From a virus: a DNA stretch of 64,000 nt. Below the pieces are notes generated by a model. That model worked only from the letters and a program-made list of their open reading frames with translations. It ran no database searches and was not told the DNA's origin. This document shows positions 9,501-20,400 of the stretch, one piece after another (the stretch's first letter is position 1; each line of letters begins with the position of its first letter). Both the position numbers and the translations under genes were made by a program. The DNA lies in the IMG/VR virus record IMGVR_UViG_3300017917_003866, positions 8,520-72,519 of that record; one strand, 5' to 3'.

Positions 9501-11689
9501 ATTTACCACCAGCTTTTATACCTATACCTTTTCCTAATCCTATAGATGGTAATCCTTACATAAGAATACCCCTTCCTATGATTTGGACTATAGTTCCACC
9601 TATACTTATACCGCTTCCTTTTAATTTAGGTATGCTTGTTATTTTTATACCATTCATAGGTGGATTTATGCCTACACCTTTAGTTTACATAAAGGAATTT
9701 ATAACGGGGAGTTCTTTATTTTTAACAGGTATTAGAGGTCCTAGATTTATCCCTAGAAAATCTGATCCTAAAATAAAAGATCCATTAGAGAAAATAAAAC
9801 AAGCTTTATCTTTCGGTATACCAGATAAACTAATACCTCTACCGGGATTCGGATTAGATAATTTAGATTCTGCTCCTAGAGTTCTAGGAGATATTAAAGC
9901 TAATCTTACAAAAATATTTGATAGCGTTCCCCCTCCTGGTAATTTACAACAGCTTAGGGATTTACAGAATAATGAAAGAGAACTGAAAAGAAGAATAAAA
10001 GAAAAGGAAAGAGACTATAAAAGTAAATCTGCTTTATTAGATGTTCCTGAACCAGATATTTCTGCTGAGACTGAAGAATTAAAAAATATTATAAAACAGA
10101 GAAAGGATACTTTAAAATCTGTAATTAAAGACTATTTAAATAACAGTATACCAGATCCTAAATCTATATACTTTCCTAAGGACAAAGATAAATTAAAAAT
10201 AGACATTCCTGGTATAATAAAATCTCTTAGGATATTAAAAGAAATGAGAGCAAGCCTAGTTCCTGTTGATTGTCCCGATTTTATAAATTTCAAAGATGAA
10301 ATGAGGGAGGTTTTAAAACTTATGCGTATAGTTTGTCCTCCTAAATACTTTTTAGAGAACTTTGAGGTAGCTAATTCTAGCAAAATATTCATGAGAAAGG
10401 ATAAGGATCCGAGACTTATGACTGATGATGAATTTAGCGATCTAGTAAAACAGATAAGAGGTGTATCCCTTGTAATAACGAAAGTTATTCTTTGGGGAAA
10501 TAAATTTTCAGTAATAAAGAAAGTAAGAGAGGGAGCTTTCTCGCCTATTGAAAATAGCGAATATGAGGGTGTTTTTAAATTTCCTGAAATAAAAATAACA
10601 AATTCAGCTCCCAAAGCACTTAAGTTTTTAAGAAAGAAAAATCCTATAATAGAGGCTATTAAAATAAGGATAATGGATGGATTATCTAAAATAGAATATA
10701 TCCCGGAGGATTTCTCTAGATATGTTAGATATGAAGGGGAAAATCCTATATTAGTTATAAGGGTTAAAGATCTAAAGAAATTAGTTTCTAAAAAATTAGG
10801 ATTAAGTAGAATAGGACCTTTTGATCCAATTAGACCACTAGACGAAGAAGAGCCATTAATATCTAGTTTCCCTTATCCCAAAGGACCTTTATCTTGTCTA
10901 GGTTCACTTAACGGAGGATTTGGTAATGCTGTAGCTGCTTTTGAGCTTCCTACGGTTTTTCCTTTGAAACAGGATCAGCTAACACAAACTCCTGGGCTAG
11001 GCGGTATTATACAGGTTACTATTCCTGGATCTAAAGTAAAATCTTTTCTAACTGAATCTTTAATTAAGTCTTTAGACTCAGGAGCTCTTGAAGCTGCTTT
11101 CCCTGAGATAAATGATGTAAATTCTCCTAAGTTTTTAAATTTAGATCCTAATGATATACAAAAATTAAGTAAAACATTAGTTACTAATTTAATAAATCCG
11201 GAATCCCCTGATATACCTCCTTTCTTAAATATATTGAAGACACCTGTGTTTCCCCCTGCAAGGCCAACTGATATGATAGAGCAGGCTTTAATAGGATTAG
11301 GAGCACCTCCTCCTGCTAGGATAGTCTATAGTTTGTTCTGGGAATACTTTAAAAGTCTACCAAAAACTCCACTAGGAGATAAAATAGTGCTTCCAAAAAT
11401 TAGTGCTTCCTCTGAATTACTAGCCAGAATACCTTGGCCTCTTGCGGTTCTTATAGGTAGAAATGTTTTAAATATATTAAATCCTATAGCAATGAATGAC
11501 GATCATCCCGTATGGAGAAGAATGAGTTTAAAGAATACATACTATGTTGTTTATATAGATGAATTTTTAAGAAGTGCAGCGGATGTTTCTGGATTGTTTA
11601 AGTTCTTTCTTGGATCTGCAGATCCGGTATATCCTATACCAGAACTCCCTTCTGAACTTAAAAAAGCTTTTAATATAAAAAAATATTAA
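6587..11689 (+). CDS. Large hypothetical protein (1700 aa), probably virion-associated
   Basis: Long ORF directly after gp5-like gene; coiled-coil segments, a Cys cluster and a Pro-rich hydrophobic segment. Confidence 0.6.
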   Translation: MAGDIGSRIDDLLGKDFSQMSTEEILGIISGGQDFNIPYEDLQSKEGFEKELEKSQKEVDSIIESLKPQPLPISIKDVEDLSCKYEGDDLYSRILIESVKKEDPKLYNDLLRSDEYRKNLPISENDLGVKIQGGRDLGFSKKIPSEGITKYLKKRKPDLLQKLNEKIFDNLDPLLLGKPSNSGSRKKRKMKILGFEIPLEFIMNKTQIVHVKIGGDEISIDGALERINSLLKKQNENSNPCDFKDIDENTQSERIDGFDSNFYPDGDDPIIDDDCLPGIPEDPITGDPILTKSSFDESLDEFCDPPIYEFKREEVKDPEPPSVDVNAIDACVNSALEKSKKLEDDVKVLARWQMIERNLEEILYHYEAIYEYQKSLYDNWLSRVPKNEGGDPSDFQIGISILTYNDQILIYQKELINQIQNYNNDKTVFLNNNNIFTENLFLLDVYDTELSDPELEQLFNDQINAGLSPINYDNLSQSWPINDGIIKFKENVEDIRSIMIEGNFISVIENKIQETQDLLDSAISSLSEKKGSPVSVEDVEKSFIPSNTATSDVYGQGNTALDINARVFKSPLEITLTGTSYTYDSYGYDFLKALEDFSVRYKTKFNKELGELQFELSFVTDYGSPLPYKKTKKPSKISFTGASSEPLSEVNEPDEQKIKIGNEHADNGGLLSDYFPEYLKSYQFLKIKNIKTGFPDVAKFYDFIEKIINTNDSKESIIAKIVEDRGILYGNLIEKSASNWLFFTAEERGDNDARDPSKTRPASFTEDSEPTPVFTDFYSNFKNKWNSKYLENKNAYIKPALDNLKNQARKAGEGLAKTLPASDVIGIRILENYLDVKKKYEQIKEIMLLAAQKINDVNESLSPENVEKRFSDIKCAGADSPPAEDDKENCPPVCCGEPGSDFKNGNYLMSSPPSSDCPTMFQRCWWKQFCEDVTKVGLLPYPNGLPPIEDPKYFLSAGPSVRLGLKYWPVGYLPPAFIPIPFPNPIDGNPYIRIPLPMIWTIVPPILIPLPFNLGMLVIFIPFIGGFMPTPLVYIKEFITGSSLFLTGIRGPRFIPRKSDPKIKDPLEKIKQALSFGIPDKLIPLPGFGLDNLDSAPRVLGDIKANLTKIFDSVPPPGNLQQLRDLQNNERELKRRIKEKERDYKSKSALLDVPEPDISAETEELKNIIKQRKDTLKSVIKDYLNNSIPDPKSIYFPKDKDKLKIDIPGIIKSLRILKEMRASLVPVDCPDFINFKDEMREVLKLMRIVCPPKYFLENFEVANSSKIFMRKDKDPRLMTDDEFSDLVKQIRGVSLVITKVILWGNKFSVIKKVREGAFSPIENSEYEGVFKFPEIKITNSAPKALKFLRKKNPIIEAIKIRIMDGLSKIEYIPEDFSRYVRYEGENPILVIRVKDLKKLVSKKLGLSRIGPFDPIRPLDEEEPLISSFPYPKGPLSCLGSLNGGFGNAVAAFELPTVFPLKQDQLTQTPGLGGIIQVTIPGSKVKSFLTESLIKSLDSGALEAAFPEINDVNSPKFLNLDPNDIQKLSKTLVTNLINPESPDIPPFLNILKTPVFPPARPTDMIEQALIGLGAPPPARIVYSLFWEYFKSLPKTPLGDKIVLPKISASSELLARIPWPLAVLIGRNVLNILNPIAMNDDHPVWRRMSLKNTYYVVYIDEFLRSAADVSGLFKFFLGSADPVYPIPELPSELKKAFNIKKY

Positions 11690-11745
11690 TTTCTTGGAAA
11701 TTTTAATGCAATTTTACACTACAAACAAAGATAAACCCAAATAAC

Positions 11746-12855
11746 ATGAAAAACAAAAATTTTAGTTCCTTCGATTATGATACAGCTGAAAGAGAAAGAC
11801 TTGAAGCTATTTATAGTGGAACCTTTCCGGAGGAAAATAAAAAAATAACAGGAAAGGACATACAGAACAATTCTTCTGAAAGAATAACAGTAACATCGAT
11901 TGATTTCGAAAAAGGAGTTGCCCTAGGCGAGACATCCTTTGGACAAACAATTATAATTGATACGAAGAAGGAAGAAAAAAATATGAGAAAGCTAGGATAT
12001 CCTTCTATAGAAATAAGTGAAGGACAAGTACTAGATGTTGTTATACAAAAAGATTCTTCTGGTTCTTTTAATGGATCTGTTTCTGCTGGATATGAAAAAG
12101 CACTTAAGAGTGAGCTTCATAGATCTATTAAAGATGAGGATTGTGCATTTAAAGTTAAAGTTAAGAATGTTTGTAACGGTGGATTCATGGTTGATCTATC
12201 AGGAATCGAATGCTTCCTACCTGGAAGTCTTGCTGCAGCAAACAGAATTATGAACTTTGCAGACTACGTAGGTAAAGAATTAACAGTAATGGTTGAAATC
12301 TATGATCAGAAGAGAGATATTTTTGTTGTATCGTTCAAAAAATATCTTAGAAAAATTATTGATAGAGAGGTTCAAAATCTTTCGTTTGCTACTAAATACC
12401 AAGGAACAGTTACTGGATTATCCAATAATGGTGTATTTGTTGAATGGGATGAGATCTATACAGGAATAATCTCTATTGATGATTCTAACCGTGGATCGCT
12501 AGAAAAATACCAAGCAGGGGATACTGTAGAGTTCTATGTAATTGATATAAAAAATCCACAAAGAATCAATTTATCAGTTTCAGAGCCAAACGAAAAAATG
12601 AAAGCTGTCCAAGAAATGAAGGATAGTTCTTCCGAAGTTTTAGGGGAAAATACCAATTTGAAAATATATAAAGGAGAGGTTACTAAAATTAAAACTTTCG
12701 GTATTTTCGTAAAAATGGAAAACGGATTGAACGGTCTTATCGAAAAAGAGAAATTAGTAAGTTCTATTAAAGAATATGAGGTTGGGCAATCGGTTGATTT
12801 CTCGATCTTGAGTGTGGATAGTTCCTCTCTCAAAATACAATTAATAGAGAAATAA
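11746..12855 (+). CDS. rpsA: Ribosomal protein bS1 homolog (about 4 S1 domains)
   Basis: VKNVCNGGFMVDLSGIECFLPGS...YVGKELTVMV...VVSFKKYL resembles bS1 domain 2; further S1 repeats YQGTVTGLSNNGVFVE and YKGEVTKIKTFGIFVKM. Confidence 0.8.
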   Translation: MKNKNFSSFDYDTAERERLEAIYSGTFPEENKKITGKDIQNNSSERITVTSIDFEKGVALGETSFGQTIIIDTKKEEKNMRKLGYPSIEISEGQVLDVVIQKDSSGSFNGSVSAGYEKALKSELHRSIKDEDCAFKVKVKNVCNGGFMVDLSGIECFLPGSLAAANRIMNFADYVGKELTVMVEIYDQKRDIFVVSFKKYLRKIIDREVQNLSFATKYQGTVTGLSNNGVFVEWDEIYTGIISIDDSNRGSLEKYQAGDTVEFYVIDIKNPQRINLSVSEPNEKMKAVQEMKDSSSEVLGENTNLKIYKGEVTKIKTFGIFVKMENGLNGLIEKEKLVSSIKEYEVGQSVDFSILSVDSSSLKIQLIEK

Positions 12856-12858
12856 AAA

Positions 12859-14301
12859 TTGGCTAATTTACTTACTAATGATTTTTTCTACTCTTCTAAA
12901 TTGGGTTTCGAATTTGAGTTTTATAGCAACTTAAATAGGAATGAGATTGCCAATGAATTAGGAAAAGTATTAGGAAAAAAGGTATTACTTTTTAATAAAT
13001 ATCACTCTAATTTTAAACCTACTAAGGACATTTTTAAGTTAGAGCCAGATTACTCAGGAGGATCCAAGATGGTTGAATTCATCACGGGTCCTCTTCCTTA
13101 TTTTGAGGCCATAGTAATACTAATTAAGACTTTAAAATGGATAGACGAAAATGGATACACGGATAAAAAATGTGCTTTCCAATTTGGTGTGAGTATCGAT
13201 ACTTCAATTTATCCTGAAGTTCCCCCTATGGGCCAAATAAACACTCTCAAATATATTCTTGGATTTGATGAGAACTTCATATATAAAAGATTTCCTGAGA
13301 GAATGGGATCACTATATGCTAAATCCATTAAGAGAATATTACCCATTAACAAATTTGTAGATCCTACTAACATTTCATTTATAGATAAAAATCTATTTGA
13401 AGTACCTCTAGAAAAAAACATGGGAATTAATTTTCTAAAACTTCCTGAGGGGTATTTTGAAGTTAGATATCTAGGAGGTAAAGATTATCAAAAAAGATAT
13501 ACTGCGGTAAAAGAAGTAATTGATCATATAATCACTTATACTGTTGGTGTCTTAAGATACAATAACGGATTCACTGAAAATGACTTAAAAGTGTTAAGAA
13601 TGTTCTTAAATGAGATTTATAAGAACTCCTCAACATTTATAGATCCAGATACTTTCCAAAAGAATTATCCCCATATGAATATAATGGTAGATCTTAGATC
13701 TGACCCACAGATATTAAGATCTTTCTTTATTAATATCAGGGAGGTTCTCTATGATTTAATAGTAGAGAATAATATTAAAGAGGGTATAATAAATTACGAT
13801 AGCTCGCTAGGTAAATTTCAGCTTAAGGATATAAAAACAACTAGGGCTTACCTACTTAAAGATTATGATATACTCGAGGGTGAAATCTCCGGTAATGTAT
13901 TAAATTGTAGAATGTTTAACTGTAAATTAAATGATTCTACTATAGAAGAATGTGATCTTATAACTAATAACGAAATAAACAGATCCAAGGTAATGATATC
14001 AGATCTTTACTTTACTAATTCTGTACATGACAGCTATATTGATAATAAAGACAAAGAAATAAACTGCGAGGTATTTGGAGGTATAATAAGATCTGGATTC
14101 ATAGGAAAATTAGCTACGATATCACCAGAAACTGAGGTTGTTAAGGATGCTGAAGACGACAAGAAGTTAAAAGGAAGTTTAAAAAAGAAACAGTTTCCTA
14201 ATAGGAATGAAGGAGATCAACCTTCTCAGCCTACTAGATTCTCTGATAACAATTCTAAACCTTCAGGTATACCTGGTATAAACTTCAAATCAAATAATTA
14301 A
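12859..14301 (+). CDS. Putative amidoligase-like (COOH-NH2 ligase fold) protein
   Basis: LGFEFEF, LEPDYSGG..MVEFITGPL and YFEVRYLGG motifs; TTG start. Confidence 0.55.
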   Translation: MANLLTNDFFYSSKLGFEFEFYSNLNRNEIANELGKVLGKKVLLFNKYHSNFKPTKDIFKLEPDYSGGSKMVEFITGPLPYFEAIVILIKTLKWIDENGYTDKKCAFQFGVSIDTSIYPEVPPMGQINTLKYILGFDENFIYKRFPERMGSLYAKSIKRILPINKFVDPTNISFIDKNLFEVPLEKNMGINFLKLPEGYFEVRYLGGKDYQKRYTAVKEVIDHIITYTVGVLRYNNGFTENDLKVLRMFLNEIYKNSSTFIDPDTFQKNYPHMNIMVDLRSDPQILRSFFINIREVLYDLIVENNIKEGIINYDSSLGKFQLKDIKTTRAYLLKDYDILEGEISGNVLNCRMFNCKLNDSTIEECDLITNNEINRSKVMISDLYFTNSVHDSYIDNKDKEINCEVFGGIIRSGFIGKLATISPETEVVKDAEDDKKLKGSLKKKQFPNRNEGDQPSQPTRFSDNNSKPSGIPGINFKSNN

Positions 14302-14307
14302 ATTGGT

Positions 14308-15087
14308 ATGACAGAAGCAGATCTAATACAGGAAATAAGAGACGATATATCTCATTCTTGTGCCTTACCTTATAACCTAAATGAACAGGAGATAAAAAGG
14401 ATTATAAAAAGAGCTAGAGCTTATTTTTACGATAATTATCAATATGCTGTAGAGGATAGAATATTTGTTTTAGGAAGGGAATTATTTTCTACCCCTGCTT
14501 TTAGAGCAACTAGACAGATACAATTACCACAGTGTGTTAGATCTATATATGAAGTTAGGGAGGTAAACGGATCGGGATTAATAGGAACACCGGATAAAGA
14601 TTTTGGAGATTCTAAGTTATTAGGATCAGAACTTATGCTTTCTCCTTTTGCAGGAGATAACTTGGTTTATAGAACGGTTCTTTATTCTTTCTTTGATCTT
14701 GCTAAAGCATATTTATTAGAGACCTATGCTTTTAATTACAACAAAAATACTAAGAGACTTACAATACTTGGTAGAGATCCAAATAGAACATATCAAACTG
14801 ATGGAGGAAGCTCATCTACTCTATTCACTGGTACTGATGTAGGTGTTAGAGCTTATATAGATATACCAGAAGAAAACCTATATGATGATGAGCTATTTGT
14901 TAGATTCTGTCTAGCAGAAGCTAAAATAAACATCGGTAGATTGCTAGGAACATTCGAATATAATCTTCCTGGTGGTGTAAGAGTTAACTATAATAATATA
15001 CAAACTCTAGGAACCACAGAAAAACAGGAGATTATACAAATGATAAAAGACGAGAACACACCTTCATACTTCTTGCAGTGGAATTAA
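14308..15087 (+). CDS. Neck protein, T4 gp13-like
   Basis: C-terminal AKINIGRLLGTFEYNLPGGVRVNY...P.YF parallels the gp13 C-terminus. Confidence 0.7.
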   Translation: MTEADLIQEIRDDISHSCALPYNLNEQEIKRIIKRARAYFYDNYQYAVEDRIFVLGRELFSTPAFRATRQIQLPQCVRSIYEVREVNGSGLIGTPDKDFGDSKLLGSELMLSPFAGDNLVYRTVLYSFFDLAKAYLLETYAFNYNKNTKRLTILGRDPNRTYQTDGGSSSTLFTGTDVGVRAYIDIPEENLYDDELFVRFCLAEAKINIGRLLGTFEYNLPGGVRVNYNNIQTLGTTEKQEIIQMIKDENTPSYFLQWN

Positions 15088-15110
15088 TTTATTGTGTTAT
15101 TAATCCTTGG

Positions 15111-15118
15111 AATATATA
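15111..15118 (+). promoter_or_regulatory. Candidate late promoter (AATATATA)
   Basis: Recurrent RATATATA motif just upstream of the gp25-like gene. Confidence 0.45.
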
Positions 15119-15125
15119 GAACAAG

Positions 15126-15497
15126 ATGGCAAGATATTCTGAAATTTATCCAAGGAATCCTGATGATCCAAATTACAAAGAGGGACTTTTACATACTGAT
15201 GACCAAGTAGAAATACTTATTGGTATGATTAAGAATTGTATGATGACTCGTCCTGGAGAGGTTCTTGGAGATCCTTATTTTGGTATAGATCTGGAGGGAC
15301 TTATTTTCGATTTGGAAGTAGATCAAAACACTTTGACTAGAGCGATAGATTTACATCTACTTACTTATGTTCCTTTAGCATATTCTGTATTTAATGTGGA
15401 ATTTCAGGTAGGTTTTATACAAGGAGAAACTAGAGATGCTTGTATTATAGATTTTGCAATAAAAGGAAACCCTATATTAGGAATTAAAATATTATAA
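15126..15497 (+). CDS. Baseplate wedge protein, gp25-like
   Basis: MMTRPGEVLGDPYFGIDLEGLIF fits the gp25/GPW motif; 123 aa; upstream of gp6-like gene. Confidence 0.8.
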   Translation: MARYSEIYPRNPDDPNYKEGLLHTDDQVEILIGMIKNCMMTRPGEVLGDPYFGIDLEGLIFDLEVDQNTLTRAIDLHLLTYVPLAYSVFNVEFQVGFIQGETRDACIIDFAIKGNPILGIKIL

Positions 15498-15499
15498 AG

Positions 15500-17197
15500 A
15501 TGGATTTATTATCAAAGAATAGAGCAAAAATATCAGATCTAATATCTCAAACTTTTGAGCTAATACAAGCAAGATATGGGATGTCAAATCAGTTATTTAC
15601 TGTTGCATCTGTATGGGGACAAATAATATTTGTACTAGACAACCTTTCGCAGTTTGTATTATTTTTTATTGAGGATTCTATAACTGAATTAAACATAAAT
15701 ACTGCTACTCGTGAATCTTCTATATATGGTTTAGCTACATTAGCAGGGCATAACCCAACCAGAAATATATCTGCAAAAGGAGAAGTTTCAATTAAATGGA
15801 ACGGAAAAAATGTAGAATCAATTGGTGGAAGTGCTGTACTTATACCAAGGAATTCTCAGATCAAATGCGTAAACAACGGTAAAACCTATCTATTAAAATT
15901 TCCTCAGGAATATACGAGATTAAATTTAGACGGAACGTCAAAGTTAATTTGTTCTATAATGGAAGGATCTCTCTCGATTAATCAATATACAGGGAGTGGG
16001 GATTTTCTACAGAGTTTTAATGTATCGTCGAGAGGTACTTCAGGTATAGAAAACTTTGAAGTTTATGTTAAAGTTAATGGGGTAGAGTGGAAAAGGTATG
16101 ATTCATTATATGATATACCTAGAAATGGTTTAGGCTATCTAGTAAAAAGCTCACTTATTTCTGGTATAGATATATTCTTTGGAAATAGAGATTTTGGATT
16201 ACCTCCTGCTGCAGGTTCCAATATAGAGGTTACTTATTTAGAATCAGCGGGAAGCGGTGGAAATCTTTTATTAGATGATTCCTCTCAAGCAATCTTTAAT
16301 TTTGATTCTGAGGGTACTGATTTATTCGGTAATACCGTTAGCTTATCTGAGATTCTTCAGGTATCTTGTACTATAGCTCCTCAAATGGGTGCTAATCAAG
16401 AATCTGTTGATTTAACAAGATTAATAGCTCCTAAAACATCTAGAAGTTTTGTTTTGGCTAATCCAACTAATTATATAACATTCTTTGAAAAATTTGGACA
16501 GTTCTCTATAATAGAAGCTTTTACAACTTTTGATGACCAATATATTGATGATGATAATATTATTTATTTAATTCTTGTACCTGATATTCAGTTAACTTTA
16601 AAAAGTAATGAAACATATTTCGATATTCCTATTTCAAGATTTAAACTTACCCAACCTCAAAGGGATAGAATATATCAATTATTAGACGAGAGCGGACAAA
16701 AAATAGTTACCACAGAGGTTAAGATATTAGACCCTGTTATAAAAAGGTATGTGGTAAATATAGCTTTAACTATGTTTGAAGGAAACGACCCGGATACACT
16801 AAAAACAACTATAACAAATACTTTGAGCGATTATTTTCTTAACATCCGAAGAAGAGATAAAATACCTAGATCTGATTTAATTGCTGCAGTGGAAGAAATA
16901 GAGGGGGTTGACTCGGTATCTCTTTATTTTGTTGGTGAGGAAAACGAAGCAGCAAAAGCTCAAAATCCTAATTCTCCTGAAATAGGATTCGATGAATTCG
17001 GAGATATAGTAATAGGCAAGGATGAGATAGTTGTTATATCGGGAGGATGGGAAGATAGAAACGGTATATTTTACGATCTAGGTGCAGGTATGGAAACTCT
17101 TTCTTCTATAAATATAGATATTAGAGCAATTGTTCCTTATACTTATAACTCAAGAGTAAATGGATTATTAAAGAGTTCTTTAAAAACAGGTAATTAA
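15500..17197 (+). CDS. Baseplate wedge protein, gp6/baseplate J-like
   Basis: TATRESSIYGLATLAGHNP; IFFGNRDFGLPPAAGSNIEVTYLESAGSGGN. Confidence 0.8.
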   Translation: MDLLSKNRAKISDLISQTFELIQARYGMSNQLFTVASVWGQIIFVLDNLSQFVLFFIEDSITELNINTATRESSIYGLATLAGHNPTRNISAKGEVSIKWNGKNVESIGGSAVLIPRNSQIKCVNNGKTYLLKFPQEYTRLNLDGTSKLICSIMEGSLSINQYTGSGDFLQSFNVSSRGTSGIENFEVYVKVNGVEWKRYDSLYDIPRNGLGYLVKSSLISGIDIFFGNRDFGLPPAAGSNIEVTYLESAGSGGNLLLDDSSQAIFNFDSEGTDLFGNTVSLSEILQVSCTIAPQMGANQESVDLTRLIAPKTSRSFVLANPTNYITFFEKFGQFSIIEAFTTFDDQYIDDDNIIYLILVPDIQLTLKSNETYFDIPISRFKLTQPQRDRIYQLLDESGQKIVTTEVKILDPVIKRYVVNIALTMFEGNDPDTLKTTITNTLSDYFLNIRRRDKIPRSDLIAAVEEIEGVDSVSLYFVGEENEAAKAQNPNSPEIGFDEFGDIVIGKDEIVVISGGWEDRNGIFYDLGAGMETLSSINIDIRAIVPYTYNSRVNGLLKSSLKTGN

Positions 17198-17198
17198 G

Positions 17199-17444
17199 AT
17201 GGAAAAGAAAAGCTGGTATGAATTTATAAAATCTCAAAATGACGTTAGATCTAACGTTGGTTTTGATTACGAAAATAAGATATTTGAAAATACTCTTTCA
17301 AATCCTATATTACAAGGTGATGCCAATAGAATGGATATATTAGCCAGTATCGAGAGGGTAGTTTACTATTGGTTTGAAACTGCTAAGTATATAAAGAACT
17401 ATATTAATTATACAGTTCCTAAGAACAATAAATACGTGAGATAG
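17199..17444 (+). CDS. Small hypothetical baseplate-region protein
   Basis: 81 aa ORF packed tightly between gp6-like and gp7-like genes. Confidence 0.6.
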   Translation: MEKKSWYEFIKSQNDVRSNVGFDYENKIFENTLSNPILQGDANRMDILASIERVVYYWFETAKYIKNYINYTVPKNNKYVR

Positions 17445-17445
17445 A

Positions 17446-20400
17446 ATGACTCTTCAAAATCTTTTATTCTTTGATAAAAAAGGAGACCAATATATTTTTA
17501 AATGGAATGGAAATTATTGGGAAGGCTCGGTTCTTTTTCCTGTAGTTTCCGAAAAACTATTCGAGGTGCAACACATCTTCGTAATAGAAAAATTTTTAAA
17601 TACTTCAGCTGAGATAGAATATGGGTTTCCACATTCATACGGTACAAGTCCAGGAACACCAGTGTGGAGAACAAGATGGGAATCAAATTATGACGGGAAA
17701 ACCGATGTATCTAATATAATATACACTTATGAATTAGGTGTAGACGGGGAATTAGATTCACCGGTTCTAGTTAAGACCAATAGCGTAGAATTTTATCCCG
17801 AGGTAGTTCCTGGAGACATTGTAGATTCTCCTAGTGGTATTGTAGTTACCAGCGATATTAATTCTTCTTCGATGCAAATTAATATAGCATTGAACTCTGA
17901 AAACGAAGGGATATACGATAGGACTTTTATATTAGAGGATTATACAGATCCAAACAATCCTATTACTATTTTAAAAGTAGGGTTCCATGGTGAAGTAGAG
18001 GGAGAAGACAGTAGGCTCTCAGTATTATTAGGAAACTTTGGTAGAGAATTTAATCCACCTGACGCTTTAATAGTAAGAGAAGGTGATATAAAAGAAGAAT
18101 TTCCAGATTATGAAATAATCAACAAGAAAAGAAAAGAGTTATTACTTGCAGGAGAGAGCATATTTCCATATTTAGGATCTTACAAATCTCTATTTAATGC
18201 TATAAAATTCTTTGGATATTATGATTTAAGGGTTAAAGAATATTGGCTTAATATTAAAAAAGATGACGCTGACACTTTAACACCATTACAACAGAATCAA
18301 AAGATATTAAATCAATTAAGTCAGCCTAATATTGAGGGTCAAAGTAAATTGGAACTTATAAGTAGTTTAATAAAAGACGAAAATGAGGGTAAATTTAAAC
18401 AAGTAGAAATATACGGGAAAAGAAAAGACGGGACATTCGGATTGAAAAAACAATTCGAGCAATTATTTCCATCCAAGTCTTTTAAAAAGACCGCTTTATT
18501 TGGACTTTTCTATGATATAAATAGGGTGGTAGAAGATCAGGACGAGGATCAATATGGATATCCTATAGTTGAAGATTCTTTTGCTTTTAGCCCTGAAGAA
18601 GTCCTTATAAAACTTTTTGGATTAAAAGAAAGATTAAAAAGGGATTACCTTCCACTTAATGCTAGAATAATTGATATTACCGGTGAGGGTGTATATTTTA
18701 ATATCTATAAAACAAGAGGGTGGACAGACCAGGTAGATATAAGTGAAATAAAAGGTGGGATAAAGGTAGACTTTACAGTCTTTCCTGAAAATGGATACGT
18801 TGAAGATCTTAGACCTTTTTATACTAAACCAAATCAATCTGGTATATTATATCCAGCAATAAATGGTGCAGAACCAGGAATAAGCTATTATGGAAACACA
18901 GTGGATCCTTATTCTTATTTTCAAGAGTACCCAATATCTACTATTCCTACATGGGAGACTGCTATACAATCTTTTTATGATGACGTAAAAAGTGGTACAA
19001 TGCCTAAATTTTTAGGCGATGGTGATTACGATTATCCTGGATATAAATTATTCTCAAACGGTACTGAATACGTATTCCCTGCGGGATGTCCAATAATAAT
19101 TAAGGATAATACATTTACCCTTCCTTGGGACGATGTAAGTGCAACATGGAATTCTTTTGATACAACAGTAACTACCACACCATTACAAATAGCAAGTTAC
19201 AACAGTACTACTGTAAGCAATCCAGGTACACCTATTCAAACAGTTAATAGTACTAGTACTTTTACATTACCTACAACATTTCCATCGAATGTTACTATTA
19301 ATATAGGTCCAGGAAATGATTGGTTTGATACAACATTTCCTGAGGTTATATTTGTTAGAGTAGAATCTGTAAGTTCTCCTGGAAATTTGGTTCTTGGGTA
19401 TTGTAGTGCGGGAGATTATAATACTGTTACTGGTGATCTCTATATACAGATGATGTATACTAGAGGATCTGGTGAGTATTCAAACTGGAAAGTAACACCT
19501 ACTAATTTAGGATTTAGTAGCTATACTTTTGAATATTACGAAAACTTTGTACAGTCCAACGGATTTTATTCTTGGGATAGAATACCTTACCTAGATTTCT
19601 ATGAAATAGAATGGACCATATACAAGAATGATGATATTAGTCCTTACTTCTTCCAGATAAGAGGAGGATTACCAGATTTAGAGACATTAGTACATTTTGT
19701 TCCTTATGTAGGGGAATACAATATTAAATGTAGAGTTTGGGACACTCTAAATTCTATATCATTAGGAATAAAGAGATCTGTTTTAAAAGTTGATAAAAGA
19801 TCTATAGAATTAAATACGATAACTAGATTTAGAGAATCTGAGATCTATGATTGGAATAATGTTCCTTTGAAATGGGAAAGTTACCCATCTCAATGGATTT
19901 TCCCAGTAGAAAACACAAATAAGATCTTAGATATTTCTGATATGATAGAAAATTATCCGGAGTATTCTAATAATTTTAATGAGGGACAACAGTGCGAGGT
20001 ACTGGCTAAAGTTCCAGAGGTTAAAGCAACTATCGATTTTGAAATAGGAGTTAATCAAATAGATATTAACAACATTGTTAGTACTTATAACGGATCAGGT
20101 TATTCACTGGCTATCGTAACAACAAATACCCCTCATGGATATTCTTCAGGTAATACTGTTTGGATATATGATTCTTTAGGATCTCCTTATGGTCAATATC
20201 CGATAACAGTAACTGGACCCAATACTTTTGAAATACCCGAGATAATTATTACTGCTATAATTGGAGGATACGTTTACGGATCTGGTAATGTTAAGATAAC
20301 TGCTGATTCATTATTAATAGCTGATTGTAATTTTCAAGGGGATATAAATTCAACAACTAGTTTAGTTTATAGTACAATAAATTCTTCTCCCCTAACTCCT

